From assembly GCA_046597055.1 (NCBI GenBank), contig JBKJLC010000125.1:1-33507 (forward strand): a stretch of DNA of 33,507 nt, in the 5' to 3' direction. The notes under the pieces are model-generated. The model saw only the letters and a list, made by a program, of their open reading frames with translations. It ran no database searches and was not told where the DNA came from. This DNA comes from Kofleriaceae bacterium. Lineage in GTDB: Bacteria > Myxococcota_A > Polyangia > Haliangiales > Haliangiaceae. The position numbers and the translations under genes were made by a program. Positions 15,991-28,096 of the stretch are shown one piece after another (positions within the stretch are counted from its first letter, which is position 1; every line of letters begins with the position of its first letter).

Positions 15991-18900
15991 ATGGCGACTC
16001 GCGACGCCGCGGTGGCGTTTCCCGGCGGCGACCGCTTCCAGCTGGTCGGCGAGCTGGGCCGCGGCGGCATGGGCGTCGTCTACGAGGTGCTCGATCGCGA
16101 CCGGCTGGTGCGGCTCGCGCTCAAGGGCCTGCGCCGGGTGGGGCCGCGCGCGATCCTGCGGCTCAAGCACGAGTTCCGCGCGGTCCGAGATCTCCAGCAT
16201 CCCAACCTGGTCAGCTTCCACGAGCTGTTCGAGGAGGACGGCGCCTGGTTCTTCACGATGGAGCTGGTCGACGGGGTCGACTTCCTGCGCTGGGTCCGGC
16301 CCGATGATCCGGGCCGCACGCCGGGCCTGCTCGGTCCGACCCTGACCGCGGCCACCGTCGCCGACGCGGCCGCGGCCCGGTCGGCGCGGACCGGCCACGG
16401 CGAGCCGACCGAGTCGACCGATGGCAGCGAGCCGCCGACCTGGGATGACGTGACGTCGCGATCGATCGGCTGGCGCGGGGTCGACGAGCCCCGGCTGCGC
16501 GCCGGGTTGCGCGGCCTGGTCGCGGGGGTCGCCGCGCTGCACCGCGGCGGCATGGTCCACCGCGACATCAAGCCGTCGAACATCCTGGTCGAGCCCGACG
16601 GCCGGGTCGTGCTGCTCGACTTCGGCGTGGTCGCCGAGATCGCCGGTGACCACGACGATCCGCAGACCCGCGGCCGCGAGGTGGTCGGCACCGCCGCCTA
16701 CATGGCGCCCGAGCAGGTGATCGCGACCGAGATCGGGCCGGCCGCCGACTGGTACGCGGTCGGCGTGGTGCTGTTCGAGGCCCTGACCGGCGAGCTGCCA
16801 TACCCGAGCGGGCACGGGCTGGAGGCCAAGGTCACCGTCGACGCGCCGTCGCCGCGCGAGCGCACCGCCGACCTGCCGGCCGATCTGGTCGAGCTGTGTG
16901 AGCGGCTCTTGCGCCGCGAGCCGGGCCGGCGCCCGGGCGCGGCCGAGCTGCTGGAACGCTTCGGGCTCCACGACGCCGGCCCGGTGCCGTCGTTCGTCGG
17001 CCGGGCCAGCGAGCTCGACGCGCTGCGCGCCAGCTTCGACGCCGGGCTCGCCACCGGCAGCGCGCGCGCGGTGGTGATCACCGGTGAGTCCGGGATCGGC
17101 AAGAGCGCGCTGGCCCGCCGCTTCCTCGACGAGCTCGGCGCGGTCCGGACCGATGTGCTGGTGCTCACCGGCCGCTGCGACGAGCGCGAGCTGGTGTCGT
17201 ACAACGCGCTCGACGGCGCGGTCGACGCCCTGGCCCGCTACCTCGCCGGGCTGCCCAGCGACGAGGTCGAGGCGCCCGGCGGCACCCGCGAGCTCTTGCA
17301 GATCTTCCCGGTGCTGCGCGGCGTGACCGCGCTGGCCGCGGCCACCCGGCGCGAGCCGGCCGCGACCGGGCTCGATCCCCGGTCGCTCGCGTTCGCGGCG
17401 CTCGCCGATCTGCTGGCCGACGCGGCGGCCCGCCGGCCGGTGATCCTGCTGCTCGACGACGTCCACTGGGCCGATGCCGACAGCCTGGCGCTGCTCGGCG
17501 AGCTGTTCGCCGGCGCCGACGCGCCGCCGGTGCTGCTGGTCGCGACCGCGCGCGCCGGGCCCGGCGGCGCGGTGCCGATGCTCGCCACCGACGCGGTGCT
17601 GCGGGTCCCGGTCCACGTGATCCGCCTGGGCGGGCTGGCCCGCGCCGAGGCCGAGGCGCTGGTGCGCGCGGCCGCGCCCGGCGCCGACGTCAGCCGGCTC
17701 GCGATCGACACCGGCGGCAACCCGATGTTCCTCGCGGTGCTGGCGCGGCGGCTGGTCGACGGCGGCGCCCCGGTGCACCGCCTCGACGACGCGCTGTGGC
17801 AGCGGATCGGCGAGCTCGAGGACGACGCCCGCGCGCTGCTCGAGGTGGTCGCGCTGGGCGCGGCCGCGCTGCCGCTCGGCACGGTGCGCGCGGCCACCGG
17901 CCTCGATCGCCAGGCCTTCGCCCGCACGCTGGCCGGGCTGCGCGCGGCCCGGCTGGTTCGCGTCACCGGCTCGCGCGATCACGACCGGACCGAGCCCTAC
18001 CACGACCGCGTGCGCGAGACGATCGCCAGCCGGCTCGGCGCCGACCGCCAGCGCGCGCTGCATCGCACGATCGTCGCCAGCCTCGAGGCGACCGGGGCCA
18101 GCCTCGAGGTCCTCGCCTATCACGTCGCCAAGGCCGGCGACAGCGCCCGCGCCGGCGTGCTGGCCGAGGCCGCCGCCGATCGCGCGATCGAGGCGCTCGC
18201 GTTCGATCGCGCCGCCGAGTGGCTGCGCCTCGCGCTCGAGCTGGCCGAGCTGGCGCCCGATCGACGCCACGCGCTGCTGGCCGAGCGCGCCGACGTGCTG
18301 GCGCGCGCCGGCCGCACCGCCGAGGCCGCCGACGCCTACCTCGCCGCCGCCGACGACCAGCCGATCGACCTGGCGCGCGAGCTGCGCCGACAGGCGACCG
18401 AGCAGCTCCTGATCGGCGGCCACCTGACCCGCGGGCGCGCGCTCGCCCGCGAGCTGGCCGCCGAGGTCGGGCTGACCCTGCCGCAGTCCAACGCCGGCGC
18501 GATCGCGTGCCTGGTCTGGTACCAGACCCGCCTGAGCCTGTCGCGGCTGCGCTGGGTCCGCCGCGCCCCCGAGGAGGTCGCCCCGCGCGACCGCATCCGC
18601 ATCGACGTGTCGTGGTCGGTGGCGACCGGCCTGTCGATGGTCGACTCGACCCGCGGCGCGTGCTTCGGCCTGCGGCTGCCCCTGCTCGCGATGCCGGCCG
18701 GCGATCCGGTGCGGATCGCCCGCGCGATCTGCGCGGCCGCGGTCGCCGCGTCCGGCATGGGCCGTGGTCGGCTCGCCATCCGGCTGTGCGAGGCGGCCCA
18801 CCGGGCTGCCAGCGAGACCGACGCGCCCGACGCGCGCGCGTTCGCCGCCTTTGCCGACGTCGCATACCAGTTCTACGTCGTCAACGACTGGCGCGCGGCC

Positions 18901-19746
18901 CGCGCCGCGTGCGACCAGGCCGCGGCGCTCCTGCCCGATCGCGGCAGCCACACCTTCGAGGCCGACGTCATCGAGCAACACCACGTGTGGTCGCTCCACA
19001 TCCTCGGCGAGCTGCGCGAGCTGCGGCGCCGGGTGCCGGCGACGATCCGCAGCGCACACCGCATCGGCAACCGCTTCGTCGAGATCTCGCATCGCACGTT
19101 CTTCGGGCTGGTCCACCTGATCGGCGATCGGCCCGGCGAGGCCCTCGACGACCTCGCCGACGCGGTCGCCAGCTGGCAGCCGGTCGACAGCGAGCTGACC
19201 AACCCGTTCTTCTTCGCGCTCAAGAGCCGCAGCCTGGTCGCGATGTACCAGCGCAGCCCCGACGCCGATCCGACCCTGGCCACCGACTGGGCGCGCCTGC
19301 TCGGGTCGCTCCTGTTCCGCATCCCGATGATCCGCACCGAGACCGCGCAGCACCTCGGCGCGCTGGCGGTGACCCGGGCCGCGCTCGCCCGCGACGCGGG
19401 GGACCAGGGCGCCCGCGGTCGCCACCTGGCCGAGGCCCGCCGCTGGCTGGCCGAGCTTCGCCGCATCTCGCTGCCGGCCGCGCGCCAGCTCGGCGCCACG
19501 CTCGCGGTCTCGGTCGCCGCCGCCGCCGGCGCGCTCCCCGACGCCGTGGACCGCCTCGGCCCCTTGCTGGTCCACCTCGACGCCACCGGCCAGCGCGCGA
19601 CCGCGGCCGCCGCCCGCTGGCGGCTGGCCCGGCTGGTCGGCGGCAGCACCGGCGAGGCCCACCGGCTCGCGGCCGACCGGTTCTTCGCCGACGAGGGCGT
19701 GGTCCGCCCCGATCGCCTGGTCGACGCGCTGCTGCCTGGCTGGTGA
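15991..19746 (+). CDS. Hanks-type Ser/Thr protein kinase fused to AAA/STAND-like ATPase and helical (TPR-like) C-terminus
   Basis: [33 protein letters not shown] and [14 protein letters not shown], Walker A GESGIGKS, Walker [11 protein letters not shown], and GGNPMF. Confidence 0.93.
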   Translation: MATRDAAVAFPGGDRFQLVGELGRGGMGVVYEVLDRDRLVRLALKGLRRVGPRAILRLKHEFRAVRDLQHPNLVSFHELFEEDGAWFFTMELVDGVDFLRWVRPDDPGRTPGLLGPTLTAATVADAAAARSARTGHGEPTESTDGSEPPTWDDVTSRSIGWRGVDEPRLRAGLRGLVAGVAALHRGGMVHRDIKPSNILVEPDGRVVLLDFGVVAEIAGDHDDPQTRGREVVGTAAYMAPEQVIATEIGPAADWYAVGVVLFEALTGELPYPSGHGLEAKVTVDAPSPRERTADLPADLVELCERLLRREPGRRPGAAELLERFGLHDAGPVPSFVGRASELDALRASFDAGLATGSARAVVITGESGIGKSALARRFLDELGAVRTDVLVLTGRCDERELVSYNALDGAVDALARYLAGLPSDEVEAPGGTRELLQIFPVLRGVTALAAATRREPAATGLDPRSLAFAALADLLADAAARRPVILLLDDVHWADADSLALLGELFAGADAPPVLLVATARAGPGGAVPMLATDAVLRVPVHVIRLGGLARAEAEALVRAAAPGADVSRLAIDTGGNPMFLAVLARRLVDGGAPVHRLDDALWQRIGELEDDARALLEVVALGAAALPLGTVRAATGLDRQAFARTLAGLRAARLVRVTGSRDHDRTEPYHDRVRETIASRLGADRQRALHRTIVASLEATGASLEVLAYHVAKAGDSARAGVLAEAAADRAIEALAFDRAAEWLRLALELAELAPDRRHALLAERADVLARAGRTAEAADAYLAAADDQPIDLARELRRQATEQLLIGGHLTRGRALARELAAEVGLTLPQSNAGAIACLVWYQTRLSLSRLRWVRRAPEEVAPRDRIRIDVSWSVATGLSMVDSTRGACFGLRLPLLAMPAGDPVRIARAICAAAVAASGMGRGRLAIRLCEAAHRAASETDAPDARAFAAFADVAYQFYVVNDWRAARAACDQAAALLPDRGSHTFEADVIEQHHVWSLHILGELRELRRRVPATIRSAHRIGNRFVEISHRTFFGLVHLIGDRPGEALDDLADAVASWQPVDSELTNPFFFALKSRSLVAMYQRSPDADPTLATDWARLLGSLLFRIPMIRTETAQHLGALAVTRAALARDAGDQGARGRHLAEARRWLAELRRISLPAARQLGATLAVSVAAAAGALPDAVDRLGPLLVHLDATGQRATAAAARWRLARLVGGSTGEAHRLAADRFFADEGVVRPDRLVDALLPGW

Positions 19747-19776
19747 CCGACGATCGCTCGTCGGGGGTGACGCGGG

Positions 19777-21477
<1,701 letters not shown>

Positions 21478-21561
21478 GGCCGACGGATACCTCCATCGGT
21501 CGATGTGACCTGCCCGTGGCGAGCGGCGCAAGGCGGCGCGCGCACTTGTTGCCCGTCGGCG

Positions 21562-23601
21562 CTACTTCGCCGCGGCGAGCCCGAGCTGGCGGTCGAAGAA
21601 CGTGTACTCGAGTGCGCCCATGTACGCGGACTGCTTGTTGTCGGCCGCGCCGCCATGACCGCCCTCGATGTTCTCGTAGTAGAGGACCGGCTGGCCCAGC
21701 TCGAGCATGCGCGCGACCATCTTGCGCGCATGACCGGGATGCACGCGGTCGTCGCGCGTCGAGGTCATGAACAGCGTGGGCGGGTAGCTCACGTCCGGCC
21801 TCACGTTCTGGTACGGCGAGAACGCCGACAGCGCGGCCCACTCCGCGGCGTCGTCAGGATCGCCGTACTCCTCCATCCACGACGCCCCGGCCAGGAGCTT
21901 GTGGTAGCGCTTCATGTCGAGCAGCGGCACCTGGCACACCACCGCGCCGAACAGCTCGGGCCGCTGGGTCAGCATGACGCCGACCAGCAGCCCGCCGTTG
22001 GAGCCGCCGACGATGCCGAGCTTCGGCGTGGTCGTGACCTTGCGCGCGACCAGGTCCTCGGCGACCGCGATGAAGTCGTCATAGGCGCGCTGCCGCTTCT
22101 GCTTGAGTGCGGCCTGGTGCCAGCGCGGTCCGTACTCGCCACCGCCGCGGATGTTGGCCACCACCATCACGCCACCCCGCTCGAGCCACGCGGCGCCGCT
22201 GGTCGCGCTGTAGCCCGGCGTGAGCGAGACCTCGAAGCCACCATAGCCGTTGAGGATCGTCGGCGCCCCCTCGGCGAGCCCGCGCTTCGCGATCTGGAAG
22301 TAGGGCACCCGGGTGCCGTCCTTGGACGTCGCGAAGTGCTGCGTGGTCTCGATCCCGTCGGCGGTGAAGAACCCCGGGTTCTGCTTCAGCTGGGTCCGGG
22401 ACTGCTGGCGGATGTTGCCGAGCGACAGCGTGGTCGGCGTGGTGTAGCCGCTCTCGATGAACCAGTAGTCGTCGGACGTGTCCTCGTCGTACGCGCTGAC
22501 GCCGAGCGCGCCGACGTCGGGTGTCTCGACCCGCGTGCGGCGCCAGCCACCGGCCTGGGTCCGCTCGTGCAGGTAGAGCCGGCTCGTCACGTCCTCCAGC
22601 TCGAGCACGAGGATCGCCGTCTTGGTGCCGGCGTACGAGGCGAGCGAGGTGGTCGGCGTCGGCTCGAACAGCGCCGTGAACGCGCGCTTGCCGGCCTGGT
22701 AGTCGAGGAGCGGCGTGATCAGGAGCGCGCCCGCCGGCCAGGTCTGGTCGCCGATCTGCCACGCGCTGCGCAGCGAGATCAGCGCCTGATCGTCCCAGAC
22801 GTCGACGCTGGCGTCGTCGGGCTTCTCGAGCTTCTCCAGCTGATCGCCGGTGCGGAGGTAGCTGACGCTGGTGAAGAACGACGGCGTGCGCACGACCCAG
22901 TCGCGGACCTTGCCGTGATCGTGCTCGCGCATGGCCGCGACCGCGACGTCGCTCGCCTGGCCCTCGAAGATCGTCCGGGCCTCGGCCAGCGGCGTGCCGC
23001 GCCTCCACTCCTTGATGATCCGCGGATAGCCCGAGGCGGTCATCGAGCCGGGCCCGAAGTCGGTGCCGACCGTGATCGTGTCGAGGTCCTTCCAGCCCAC
23101 GTCGTTCTTCGCCTCCGGCAACGTGAAGCCGTCGACCACGAACTTCCTGGTCTTGACGTCGAACTCGCGCACGACGTCAGCATCGGCGCCGCCGCGCGAC
23201 AGGCTGATCAGGCAGCGCTCGTAGTCGGGATGCAGGCAGGTCACGCCATGCCAGACCCAGTTCTCCTGCTCGGCGGTGCCCAGCGCGTCGAGGTCGAGCA
23301 GGACCTCCCACTTCGGGGCCGCCGTCTTGTACTCGGCCAGCGACGTGCGCCGCCACAGGCCGCGCGGGTTGGCCTCGTCGCGCCACAGGTTGTACAGCCA
23401 CTTCCCGCGCGCGCTGACGTACGGGATCTGCGCCTTCGAGTCGTAGATCGCGAGCAGCCGCTCGCGCAGCGGACCGAAACCCGGCACCGCCTCGAGCTCG
23501 CCCTGGGAGCGCGCGTTCTGCGCCATCACCCAGGCGAGCGGCTTCTCGCCGGTGACGTCCTCGAGCCAGAGGAAGGGATCATCGGAAGTCGCCAGGGCCA
23601 T
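21562..23601 (-). CDS. Prolyl oligopeptidase (peptidase S9A)
   Basis: DDPFLWLED, NPRGLWRR, SKDGTRVPYF, GYGGF, nucleophile GGSNGG, DDRVHP and GGHG. Confidence 0.95.
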   Translation of the reverse strand: MALATSDDPFLWLEDVTGEKPLAWVMAQNARSQGELEAVPGFGPLRERLLAIYDSKAQIPYVSARGKWLYNLWRDEANPRGLWRRTSLAEYKTAAPKWEVLLDLDALGTAEQENWVWHGVTCLHPDYERCLISLSRGGADADVVREFDVKTRKFVVDGFTLPEAKNDVGWKDLDTITVGTDFGPGSMTASGYPRIIKEWRRGTPLAEARTIFEGQASDVAVAAMREHDHGKVRDWVVRTPSFFTSVSYLRTGDQLEKLEKPDDASVDVWDDQALISLRSAWQIGDQTWPAGALLITPLLDYQAGKRAFTALFEPTPTTSLASYAGTKTAILVLELEDVTSRLYLHERTQAGGWRRTRVETPDVGALGVSAYDEDTSDDYWFIESGYTTPTTLSLGNIRQQSRTQLKQNPGFFTADGIETTQHFATSKDGTRVPYFQIAKRGLAEGAPTILNGYGGFEVSLTPGYSATSGAAWLERGGVMVVANIRGGGEYGPRWHQAALKQKRQRAYDDFIAVAEDLVARKVTTTPKLGIVGGSNGGLLVGVMLTQRPELFGAVVCQVPLLDMKRYHKLLAGASWMEEYGDPDDAAEWAALSAFSPYQNVRPDVSYPPTLFMTSTRDDRVHPGHARKMVARMLELGQPVLYYENIEGGHGGAADNKQSAYMGALEYTFFDRQLGLAAAK

Positions 23602-23716
23602 GGCGATGGCATACGCCGCCCGGCGCCGCGGTGCCAGCGCTCGCGCTGACCACCATGGAGCGGCCCGCGGCTCGGGCGATGGCGCGAGGCGACGACCGCC
23701 CGACGACTCCGGCGGT

Positions 23717-25639
23717 TCAGGGAAACGCGTCGACCGGGGGCGGCTCGGCGGAGGTGTACGCGCTCGCGAGCCAGGCGAGATCGCCGAACCGCTTGCGCAG
23801 GTCGTCCGCCAGCGCTGACGGCACGAGGCCATAACGACGCCCGTCTTGCTCGTCGAACCTCGGATTGACGTCGCCGCATGGGTTGTCCGTGAGGCGCAGG
23901 TAGCGCAGCCCTGGCAGGTTGTTCGCCGCGCACAGCGCCTCGAGTCCCGCGTCGGTCAGCTGGTTGAACCCCAGGTCCAGGTAGGCGAGCCGCTCGAGGT
24001 ACGGCGACGCGGCCAGGTGCCGTACGTCCTCGTCGGTGAACTGGGTATTGTACAGTCGAAGCGAGCGCAGCTGCTTGAGCTGCGGTGACGCGACCAGCGC
24101 CGCCGCCCCGGTGGTTCCCAGGCTGGTGATCTCCACGTCGATGATCGGCGCCAGGAGGTAGAAGCTCGCCGCCTGCGTGACGAACTGCGGCGCGGTCAGC
24201 GCGAGGCCTTCGATGAAGCCTCTCCGGAAATTGAGCGGGGCGTGTGCGTTGCTGCTGAGCGCGTCGACCCCGCCGCACCAGGCCTTGAGCTTGCCCTCCT
24301 TGGCGAGCAGGGAATAGCTCGTGACATCGTGCTCGAGGGCGTCCTTCGCACGGCCCAGCCGGCGCAGGCGGGCCGCGGCCAGCTGCGCCTCGATGAACGT
24401 CGCGCGGTCGGGGTCGAAGGGCACGACCAGCTTGCCGTAGCGCATCCGGGGTGCGTCCGAGCGAGGGTCCCGGAGCACCTCGGCAAGGGCGAGCTCGAGC
24501 GCTTCGTCGGCCGGGGTGGTGCGCGACGCTGGCGATGCCTCCGGCGTGGCTGGCCGCGCCCCGGCTTGGGTCCGCATCCACGCGGCGACGACGGCGCGCA
24601 AGGCGGGGCGAAAGACCGCGAAGTCTTCTCGACAGGAGGGGCACCGGTGCATGGTGTAGAGGTCGGCGCCTCGGGCCTCGACGCGCTCCGCGAACGGACT
24701 TCGGGTCTCGCACGCCGCGCACTCGTCGTCCGGGATCCCATGGGCCGGCTGCGCTCGCGGCGGGGGACGCGCCGGCAGCGCCTCGGCCGGCCGCGGTGGC
24801 GGCGGCGGCGGCGGTCCCTGAAGCGGACCCTCGATGGGGCGCGGCCTGCCGGCCGTCGCGCTCGTGCGCTCCGGGTTGGGCACCGCGGCCGCGTGCGGGC
24901 TCGCGCGCATCTGCTTGCACAACGCAGCCAGGCTGCCGGCGACCTGTGCCAGGCCAGGCGACGCCAGGGTGACCAGGGAGCTGAACTGAACGATGAGCCT
25001 TCCGTCCGGGTGCTCCAGCGCGGCGCACGGCGTGAAGGACCCTTCGGTGGGATTCATGTCGTACGGGGGCGAGGGGATGCACTCCCGTGCCAGGACCGTC
25101 ATCACCGGACCGACCATGTCTCGCACCGACCTTCGCCAGATGCGGATCTCCTTCGGAGCCTCGCGATAAACCTGCCCGCGCGAGTACAGCGCGTGGGCCA
25201 GCTCGCGAAGCTCGGCGTTGCCGTGGCCGTCGATGGTCAGGCTCCCGTCGTCGCTGTCGTAAGAGATCTTGACTCGGTTCACGTCGCGAAGGCGCCTGCG
25301 CCAGGCCGCCCGTTCGGGCTCCAGCGCGGCGATCCGCGGTGTCGACGCCAGGCCGCAACGACGGCAGCGCGGCTCGCGGTCGAAGAGGAACGTGCCGCAC
25401 CTCACGCACGCGGAGGACATGGCGAGCTCGACGCCGCTGGGGCCGCCGAACGGCGTGAGCTTCGCAAACGTGGCCGCGGTCTTGGTCGTGCCCGTCGGGG
25501 CGGTGCCATCGTGCCCGCACCATGGACACTTTCCGGGCTGGTGGGGCTCGCCCGGGAAGTCGCGGCAGAACAGGTGGACGGTGAACGAGCGACGACACGC
25601 CGGGCAGCCGAGCTCGGCGATGACCGGAGGGCCGGTCAT
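23717..25639 (-). CDS. Multidomain protein: three CxxC-CxxC zinc ribbons, Pro-rich linker, TIGR02996-like domain and leucine-rich repeats, about 640 aa
   Basis: CPAC/CPWC, CVRC/CRRC and CAAC/CPSC pairs. LAEVLRDPRSDAPRMRYG...RATFIEAQL...FRRGFIE is TIGR02996-like. LRRs LRSLRLYN, LAYLDLGFN and LRYLRLTDN. Confidence 0.75.
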   Translation of the reverse strand: MTGPPVIAELGCPACRRSFTVHLFCRDFPGEPHQPGKCPWCGHDGTAPTGTTKTAATFAKLTPFGGPSGVELAMSSACVRCGTFLFDREPRCRRCGLASTPRIAALEPERAAWRRRLRDVNRVKISYDSDDGSLTIDGHGNAELRELAHALYSRGQVYREAPKEIRIWRRSVRDMVGPVMTVLARECIPSPPYDMNPTEGSFTPCAALEHPDGRLIVQFSSLVTLASPGLAQVAGSLAALCKQMRASPHAAAVPNPERTSATAGRPRPIEGPLQGPPPPPPPRPAEALPARPPPRAQPAHGIPDDECAACETRSPFAERVEARGADLYTMHRCPSCREDFAVFRPALRAVVAAWMRTQAGARPATPEASPASRTTPADEALELALAEVLRDPRSDAPRMRYGKLVVPFDPDRATFIEAQLAAARLRRLGRAKDALEHDVTSYSLLAKEGKLKAWCGGVDALSSNAHAPLNFRRGFIEGLALTAPQFVTQAASFYLLAPIIDVEITSLGTTGAAALVASPQLKQLRSLRLYNTQFTDEDVRHLAASPYLERLAYLDLGFNQLTDAGLEALCAANNLPGLRYLRLTDNPCGDVNPRFDEQDGRRYGLVPSALADDLRKRFGDLAWLASAYTSAEPPPVDAFP

Positions 25640-25806
25640 GGCTGGCGCCGCTCGTCCACGTCGAGCAGCGCCAGCAGCTCGCCGACCGGCCGCGCCTGAT
25701 CGACCACGCCCGTCACACAATGACGGTACCACGCACCGCGACGGCCCCAGGGCCGCCCCGCGAACCGCGCCTTGTACGCGCCGCCGCCAGTGTAGGATGG
25801 CGCCCA

Positions 25807-28077
25807 GTGCGCACCTTGTCCTCTGTGTGGGTAGTGCTGGCAGCTTGCTGCGTCGTGGCGTGCACGGGCACGATCACGCAGGGCGGGTCAGGCGACGACG
25901 TCGGCGGCGACGACGATACCGACCCGGGGATCGGGCCGCTCACGGTGAGCCCGTCTCAGGTGACGCTCGGCCGCGAGGGTCAGCAAGCCTTCACCGCGGC
26001 CCGGTCCGGCGCGGCCGCGGTCACGGTGACCTGGTCCGTGCAAGAGGGCGCCGGCGGCACGGTCACGGCCGGCGGCCAGTACACGGCGCCTTCGACCGAC
26101 GGGACGTACACCGTGGTCGCGCTCGAGGTGGGCTCCGGCGCCCGGGCCGAAGCGACCGTGACGGTCGCCGAGCTGGTCGCGACCACGCACGGGATGGCGA
26201 TCCCGGCCGCCCACCCGCGGCTGTGGTTCAACCCCAGCCGGCTGAGCCGGGCCCGCGCCTGGTTCGCGGCCAACCCGTTCACCGCGCCCACCAGCGAGGA
26301 CAGCGGGGGTGGCTACGGCGACGTGGCGCTGCACGGCCTGCTGTCGAACAACGCCAGCGGCTCGTGCACGCGCGCGATCACCTGGGGCCTGTCGCGACTC
26401 GGCGATGTCGACGACAGCGGCGGCACCGCCTGCGACTCGTGCCGATGGACCGGCGAGCAGCTCATCCTCATCTTCGACTGGTGCTACGCCTACTTCACGC
26501 CGGCGCAGCGCGCCACCTACGTGGCCGGCGTGTCGACCGGCCTCCAGGCGTGGAGCCGAAAGAGCTGGGGTGGGCCCGGGATGTTCCAGAACAACTACTA
26601 CTGGGGCTACCTGCGCAACGAGCTCGAGTGGTCGATCACGGCCTACGACGAGAACGTGCCGTGGGCCGAGGCCATGCTGACCTGGGTCTTCACCAACCGG
26701 CTCCAGAATGGCTTCAACCCGTCGACCCTCGCCGCGGGCACCAGCCGCGGCGGCATCGCGAGCGAAGGCTCCGAGTACGGACCGGTGGTGGGCGCCTACC
26801 CGCTCGTCCCGTTCGTGACCGCGAACCTGCTGGGCCGCAACCTCTACGAGGAGACCGACTTCTGGCGCGAGGCCGTCTACGCGGTCATCTACTCGACGAC
26901 GCCGGCGCCGACCACGGTCCCCGACGTGACCGGGACCGGCTACACCATCTTCCCGTTCAGCGACGACGAGGGCTGGAACTCGCGGTTCCAGGCCCAGACT
27001 CACTACTTCCCCGACTTCATGACCACGATGGCGTCGTACTGGCCGACCCAGAACGTCGGCCGACATGCGCGCGAGTGGGCGAACATGGTCGGCGTCCGCC
27101 CGTGGCGGCACGTGCAGTCCGTCGATGTGCCCAGCACGCCGCTCGGGTTCAGCGGGCTCCCGCTCGACTTCTATGCCTCGGGTCCGCGTTACCTCTACGG
27201 CCGCAACGTGTGGGGCCCGAGCGCGACGACCTTCATGCTGCAGCTCGGGGATGCGGCGGAGAACACGATCGGCCATCAACACGGCGACTACGGCACGTTC
27301 CAGATCTGGCGGAACGGTCGCTTCATCTCGCACGAGTCGGCCGCCTACGCCGGCTCGGACGACAGCGCGGTGACCGGCTACGCCGGCACCGGCACCGTCG
27401 ATGGCGCGCTCGGCATCGCGCACAACACCGTGCTCGTCAACGGCGCGAACCCGGGTCCCCAGTACTCGGGCCCCGAGGCGATCGTGGAGCGGCTCGAGTC
27501 GACCCCGGGCTACACGTTCGCGGTCGTCGACCTGGTCCCGCCCGCCACCCGCATGCAGGAGTGGCGGCGCGAGTTCGTGTTCGTGCGGTCGCTCGAGACG
27601 CTGGTCGTCCTGGACCGGCTGCAGACGGCGGACGCCGGCGCGACGAAGACCTTCATCAACCACTGCGAGACCGTCCCGGTCGTCGCGGCGAACAACAGCG
27701 CCACCTGCACGGTCGCCACCCAGGCGCTCACGATGACCACGCTGCTGCCGGCCCAGCGGACCTACCGCGTGGTCGACGAGGGCGCGCGCGTGTACAGCCA
27801 GCACCGGATCGAGGTCGACACCCGGCCCGGCACCGCGCAGAGCTACATCCTCACCGTGCTCGAGGCGAAGAACGCCGGCGACGCGAGCCTCACGCCGACG
27901 GTCGTCGACAACGGCGCCTCGTACACCGTCACCCTCGACGCCGCGACCACCATCACCTTCCAGAAGGGCATGGCGTCGGTCGGCGGGTCGATCCGGATCG
28001 GCGGCGCCGACACCCCGTTCCGGACCGGCGTCCAGACCATGTCGGTGACCGGCGACGGCCCGCGCTGGGCGCCGTAG
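25807..28077 (+). CDS. Secreted lipoprotein with Ig-like domain and heparinase II/III-like (polysaccharide lyase-type) architecture
   Basis: Lipobox VVAC. Ig-like segment (VSPSQVTL...VTWSV...GQYTAP), HPRLWF, NNY, EGSEYG, GHQHGDYGTFQIWR and AHNTVLVNG, typical of HepII/III alpha-toroid plus beta-sandwich proteins. Confidence 0.7.
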   Translation: MRTLSSVWVVLAACCVVACTGTITQGGSGDDVGGDDDTDPGIGPLTVSPSQVTLGREGQQAFTAARSGAAAVTVTWSVQEGAGGTVTAGGQYTAPSTDGTYTVVALEVGSGARAEATVTVAELVATTHGMAIPAAHPRLWFNPSRLSRARAWFAANPFTAPTSEDSGGGYGDVALHGLLSNNASGSCTRAITWGLSRLGDVDDSGGTACDSCRWTGEQLILIFDWCYAYFTPAQRATYVAGVSTGLQAWSRKSWGGPGMFQNNYYWGYLRNELEWSITAYDENVPWAEAMLTWVFTNRLQNGFNPSTLAAGTSRGGIASEGSEYGPVVGAYPLVPFVTANLLGRNLYEETDFWREAVYAVIYSTTPAPTTVPDVTGTGYTIFPFSDDEGWNSRFQAQTHYFPDFMTTMASYWPTQNVGRHAREWANMVGVRPWRHVQSVDVPSTPLGFSGLPLDFYASGPRYLYGRNVWGPSATTFMLQLGDAAENTIGHQHGDYGTFQIWRNGRFISHESAAYAGSDDSAVTGYAGTGTVDGALGIAHNTVLVNGANPGPQYSGPEAIVERLESTPGYTFAVVDLVPPATRMQEWRREFVFVRSLETLVVLDRLQTADAGATKTFINHCETVPVVAANNSATCTVATQALTMTTLLPAQRTYRVVDEGARVYSQHRIEVDTRPGTAQSYILTVLEAKNAGDASLTPTVVDNGASYTVTLDAATTITFQKGMASVGGSIRIGGADTPFRTGVQTMSVTGDGPRWAP

Positions 28078-28096
28078 GGCCAGCCCGCCGCGGCCG

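Noticed and set aside
15976..19662. 1228-aa minus-strand ORF (likewise 10062-12602, 25888-28191, 354-2174, 2994-4781 and others)
   Set aside because: Antisense to motif-rich real genes; low-complexity Arg/Gly/Ala/Val translation.
24796..24816. (GGC)n run as a tandem repeat or contingency locus
   Set aside because: It encodes the in-frame poly-Pro linker of the TIGR02996-LRR protein.
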